This document shows, one piece after another, positions 61,625 through 64,000 of a stretch of DNA of 64,000 nt (the stretch's first letter is position 1; each line of letters starts with the position of its first letter). Where the stretch lies: contig OY970355.1 in NCBI GenBank assembly GCA_963718525.1, positions 320,001-384,000 on the forward strand, written 5' to 3'. Source of the stretch: Candidatus Dormiibacterota bacterium. Its GTDB lineage: Bacteria; Chloroflexota; Dormibacteria; Aeolococcales; Aeolococcaceae. The notes below the pieces were generated by a model that saw only the letters and a program-made list of their open reading frames with translations, ran no database searches and was not told where the DNA came from. The translations under genes and the position numbers were made by a program.

Positions 61625-62611
61625 TCAGCGGGCGTCGCCCGCCATCTCAGGGAGGCGTTGGGGCTCGCGAATCCACCCTCGCGATGGGTACTGGGCGAGC
61701 ACCTCGTCGATCTCGATCAACTGCTCCTCGCTGAGGCGCTTACGCCACCGACCTGGCTGCTCGCGCGTGACCCGGATGTTGCTGAATCCCTCGCCGGGGC
61801 GGTTCGATTCCCTGAGGAAACGCTCGATCCCCTCGCTCCAGGTCAGACCAACCTGATCGCAGACCTCCCGGATGCGTACCTGGGAATCCACGCACAGCTC
61901 CTCATGGGTGACGACCAGCCACTCGGGGTGATGGTCAACCTGATCGCTGAGGACGGTGGTCAGGAGGCCGACCCAGGCGGCGGTTCGCTGGGTCACGCTG
62001 GCTTCGGGACCGGGCGCGCTGATGCCGAACGGCTCCAGGTAGCGCTCCCGCACGGCCGGCCGATCGAAGAGGTCGAACCCGTGCACTCCAAGCTCGATCC
62101 ACGAGGAGATGGTGTTGAGCGGGTGGCGTTGGATCACCACCACCTTGGGGTCGTAGTGACTGATGAGCCACTCGGCATAGAAATGCGCATAGATCGATTT
62201 GACGATCACGTGCGGCGACCGTCCCGGAAGCGACGACATCGCCTGCGCAGTCCGTCGGAGGAGCGGATCGCGTATCCCGCGTGGGAGGCGGAGTGCGGCA
62301 CGGGCTGCGCTGCGGCGCAGCCCGGGTTTGTTCGGGATGCGGTTCGTGAAGGAGAGATCCCAGAGCGCTCGAAACTGTGGCGCGGCGTCATCGCGCTCGA
62401 TGATCGGGTACGGGCCGAAGCCCAGCCGGCTGACTCCGGTGCCGGTCGGGTCAGCGTCCACGTTGTCCGGCTCCTTCACCATGCGCGTGCCCTCGGCGTG
62501 CCCGAGTGCGGTCGCCAGCCAGCGGGTGCCGGAGCGCGCGACTCCGAGGAGGAGCAGGCGGTCGGGGCGCCCCGACACCATCGGTGCGGGGCTCTGGTCG
62601 GTGATGGTCAC
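61625..62611 (-). CDS. PAPS-dependent sulfotransferase
   Basis: 5'-PSB LGVARSGTRWL, 3'-PB QRHPLNTISSW, HEELC and GRWRK. Confidence 0.88.
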   Translation of the reverse strand: MTITDQSPAPMVSGRPDRLLLLGVARSGTRWLATALGHAEGTRMVKEPDNVDADPTGTGVSRLGFGPYPIIERDDAAPQFRALWDLSFTNRIPNKPGLRRSAARAALRLPRGIRDPLLRRTAQAMSSLPGRSPHVIVKSIYAHFYAEWLISHYDPKVVVIQRHPLNTISSWIELGVHGFDLFDRPAVRERYLEPFGISAPGPEASVTQRTAAWVGLLTTVLSDQVDHHPEWLVVTHEELCVDSQVRIREVCDQVGLTWSEGIERFLRESNRPGEGFSNIRVTREQPGRWRKRLSEEQLIEIDEVLAQYPSRGWIREPQRLPEMAGDAR

Positions 62612-62631
62612 GCGATCTCCTCGGTCATTCG

Positions 62632-63999
62632 CTAGTCCTTCTTGGCCGTCTCGATGTATGCCTTGATGCGCGCCCGCGTGTCCGGAGCGCTGCTCGGAAG
62701 GGATGAGAGCGCCGTGTTGAAATCGACCACGGCCTGTTGCTGAGCACCCTGCTGGATTTCGATCCATCCGCGCGCCGCGTAGAGATTCGCAAGCCCGAAA
62801 CCATCGACCCCGGCCGGCTGCGCGTATGGGCCCACGTTGCCGATGAACGTGCTGATCGCCTGGTCGATGGCCTTCAGGGCCGCACTCAGGTTGCCCAGCG
62901 AGAGGTTGGTCTCAGCAAGGTCGTCGTACGCTCCTGAGCCTGACGAGGACAGCTGGGCGGCGCTCGCGCAATCGGTCAGCGCATGCGAATAGTTGTGCTG
63001 CAGCACCTCGGCGTGGCACTCATGCGCCAGCACAGATGCGACCTGTACCCCAGGGAGGGCAAGCGCGTTGGCATAGTCGGCGGCGGCACGCTGATCGCTG
63101 CCGAGGGCCGTCGCCAAGTCCCCGCCGGCGACATACAGCAGTGACGACTGCGGGTCGAGAACCAGCGCTCGGTTGTACACGGCCTGCGCATCCTGGTAGT
63201 CGGACACGGCCACCAGCCCGTCGATCGCGGTAAGGAGCTCGCCCGCGGTCGCAGATGGATTCAGTGCCGCTGTTCGATAGTCGGCAATCGCCGCCGTCAG
63301 GTTGCCGATGACGCGATACGCGACTGCGCGCCGCAGATAGAGGTCCGCCTGCAGCGGGGACAGTTGGATCGCCGCGGTGTAGTCGTGGACGGCCGCGGCG
63401 CCGTTCTGTCCACCGTTCAGATAGCAGTCCCCGCGGCCGACGAAAGCGGTGAGCAGCCCGGGGAATTGCTGCAGCGCCGTCGTGTAGTCGGAGATACACA
63501 GGTCGGGCTGCCTGGCGGCCCGCTGCAGGCGAGCGTCGTCGAGGGAGGACCCAAGGATGGTCGGAGCCACCGAACCCGCCTGCGCAGCCTCCGACAGCAG
63601 GCCCGGCGACACGCTGCCCGCACTCCCGCACGACGCAAACACAAGCGCAACCACGAGCAGCCCAACGCCTGCGCCCACGGCGGTGGCCGGCCTGGAAATC
63701 GTCGCGGCGCTGGGTGCCGGTGGCTCGTGCTCTGCGCGCAGCCGGGTGCGCGCACTGAACGCTCCGGTGACGAATCGAATGGTGACCGAGAGGAGCAGCA
63801 ATCCAATGGCAAGACCTCCATAGCCGACGTCGATGGCATAGGGATCGCCCGCGAGTGGCACCTCAGGAAGCAGCGATGGGATGCCAAACCACTCCAGGGT
63901 CACCGCCCCCGCCGTGACCGCGAGCATCGCCAGGCCGATGCCTGCCACCCATGTCGCGACGCGGGATGGCGGGAACGTCGCGTCGGGAACCGTCAGCGG
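62632..63999 (-). CDS. Membrane-anchored TPR protein, 5'-truncated by window edge
   Basis: Frame is open to the window end. TM segments are followed by TPRs (AVHDYTAAIQLSP, AIADY, AVVDFNTAL). Confidence 0.85.
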   Translation of the reverse strand, partial: PLTVPDATFPPSRVATWVAGIGLAMLAVTAGAVTLEWFGIPSLLPEVPLAGDPYAIDVGYGGLAIGLLLLSVTIRFVTGAFSARTRLRAEHEPPAPSAATISRPATAVGAGVGLLVVALVFASCGSAGSVSPGLLSEAAQAGSVAPTILGSSLDDARLQRAARQPDLCISDYTTALQQFPGLLTAFVGRGDCYLNGGQNGAAAVHDYTAAIQLSPLQADLYLRRAVAYRVIGNLTAAIADYRTAALNPSATAGELLTAIDGLVAVSDYQDAQAVYNRALVLDPQSSLLYVAGGDLATALGSDQRAAADYANALALPGVQVASVLAHECHAEVLQHNYSHALTDCASAAQLSSSGSGAYDDLAETNLSLGNLSAALKAIDQAISTFIGNVGPYAQPAGVDGFGLANLYAARGWIEIQQGAQQQAVVDFNTALSSLPSSAPDTRARIKAYIETAKKD

Positions 64000-64000
64000 C

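Overview
This is a high-GC bacterial chromosomal segment. A monoderm soil lineage such as Actinomycetota, Chloroflexota or Dormibacterota is an inference from gene content and many leaderless starts. 1-19 kb holds housekeeping and metabolic genes: a glycosyltransferase, a VOC protein, two glutamine-synthetase-family genes with a ferredoxin and a PucR regulator, thiC with a TPP riboswitch, ArsR/MFS, GH1, a holB-like gene, a CPBP protease and an SDR. 19-34 kb is the most notable region. A tightly coupled ~13 kb minus-strand operon joins conjugation-type T4SS parts (VirB2-like pilin, VirB6-like, PrgI/VirB3-VirB4, M23 peptidase) to Tad/Flp-type parts (SAF/CpaB, CpaE-like, CpaF, TadB, TadC, MinD-like). 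It faces a convergent VirD4, and no relaxase, integrase or att/tRNA is visible in the window. 34-48 kb holds USP, a secreted lactonase-like propeller, an OmpR/BaeS-type two-component system, MFS/DsbA/YceI/HxlR and others. 48-64 kb is a cell-surface cluster: two beta-helix proteins, a receptor-like Ser/Thr pseudokinase, a giant surface protein with 8 apparently identical 330-bp repeats, a phosphoesterase, a sulfotransferase and a TPR protein. Also seen: a 171-bp MITE-like element, a candidate sRNA, several operator palindromes and three +1 frameshifts that may be sequencing errors. All calls come from motif reading by eye; no searches were run.
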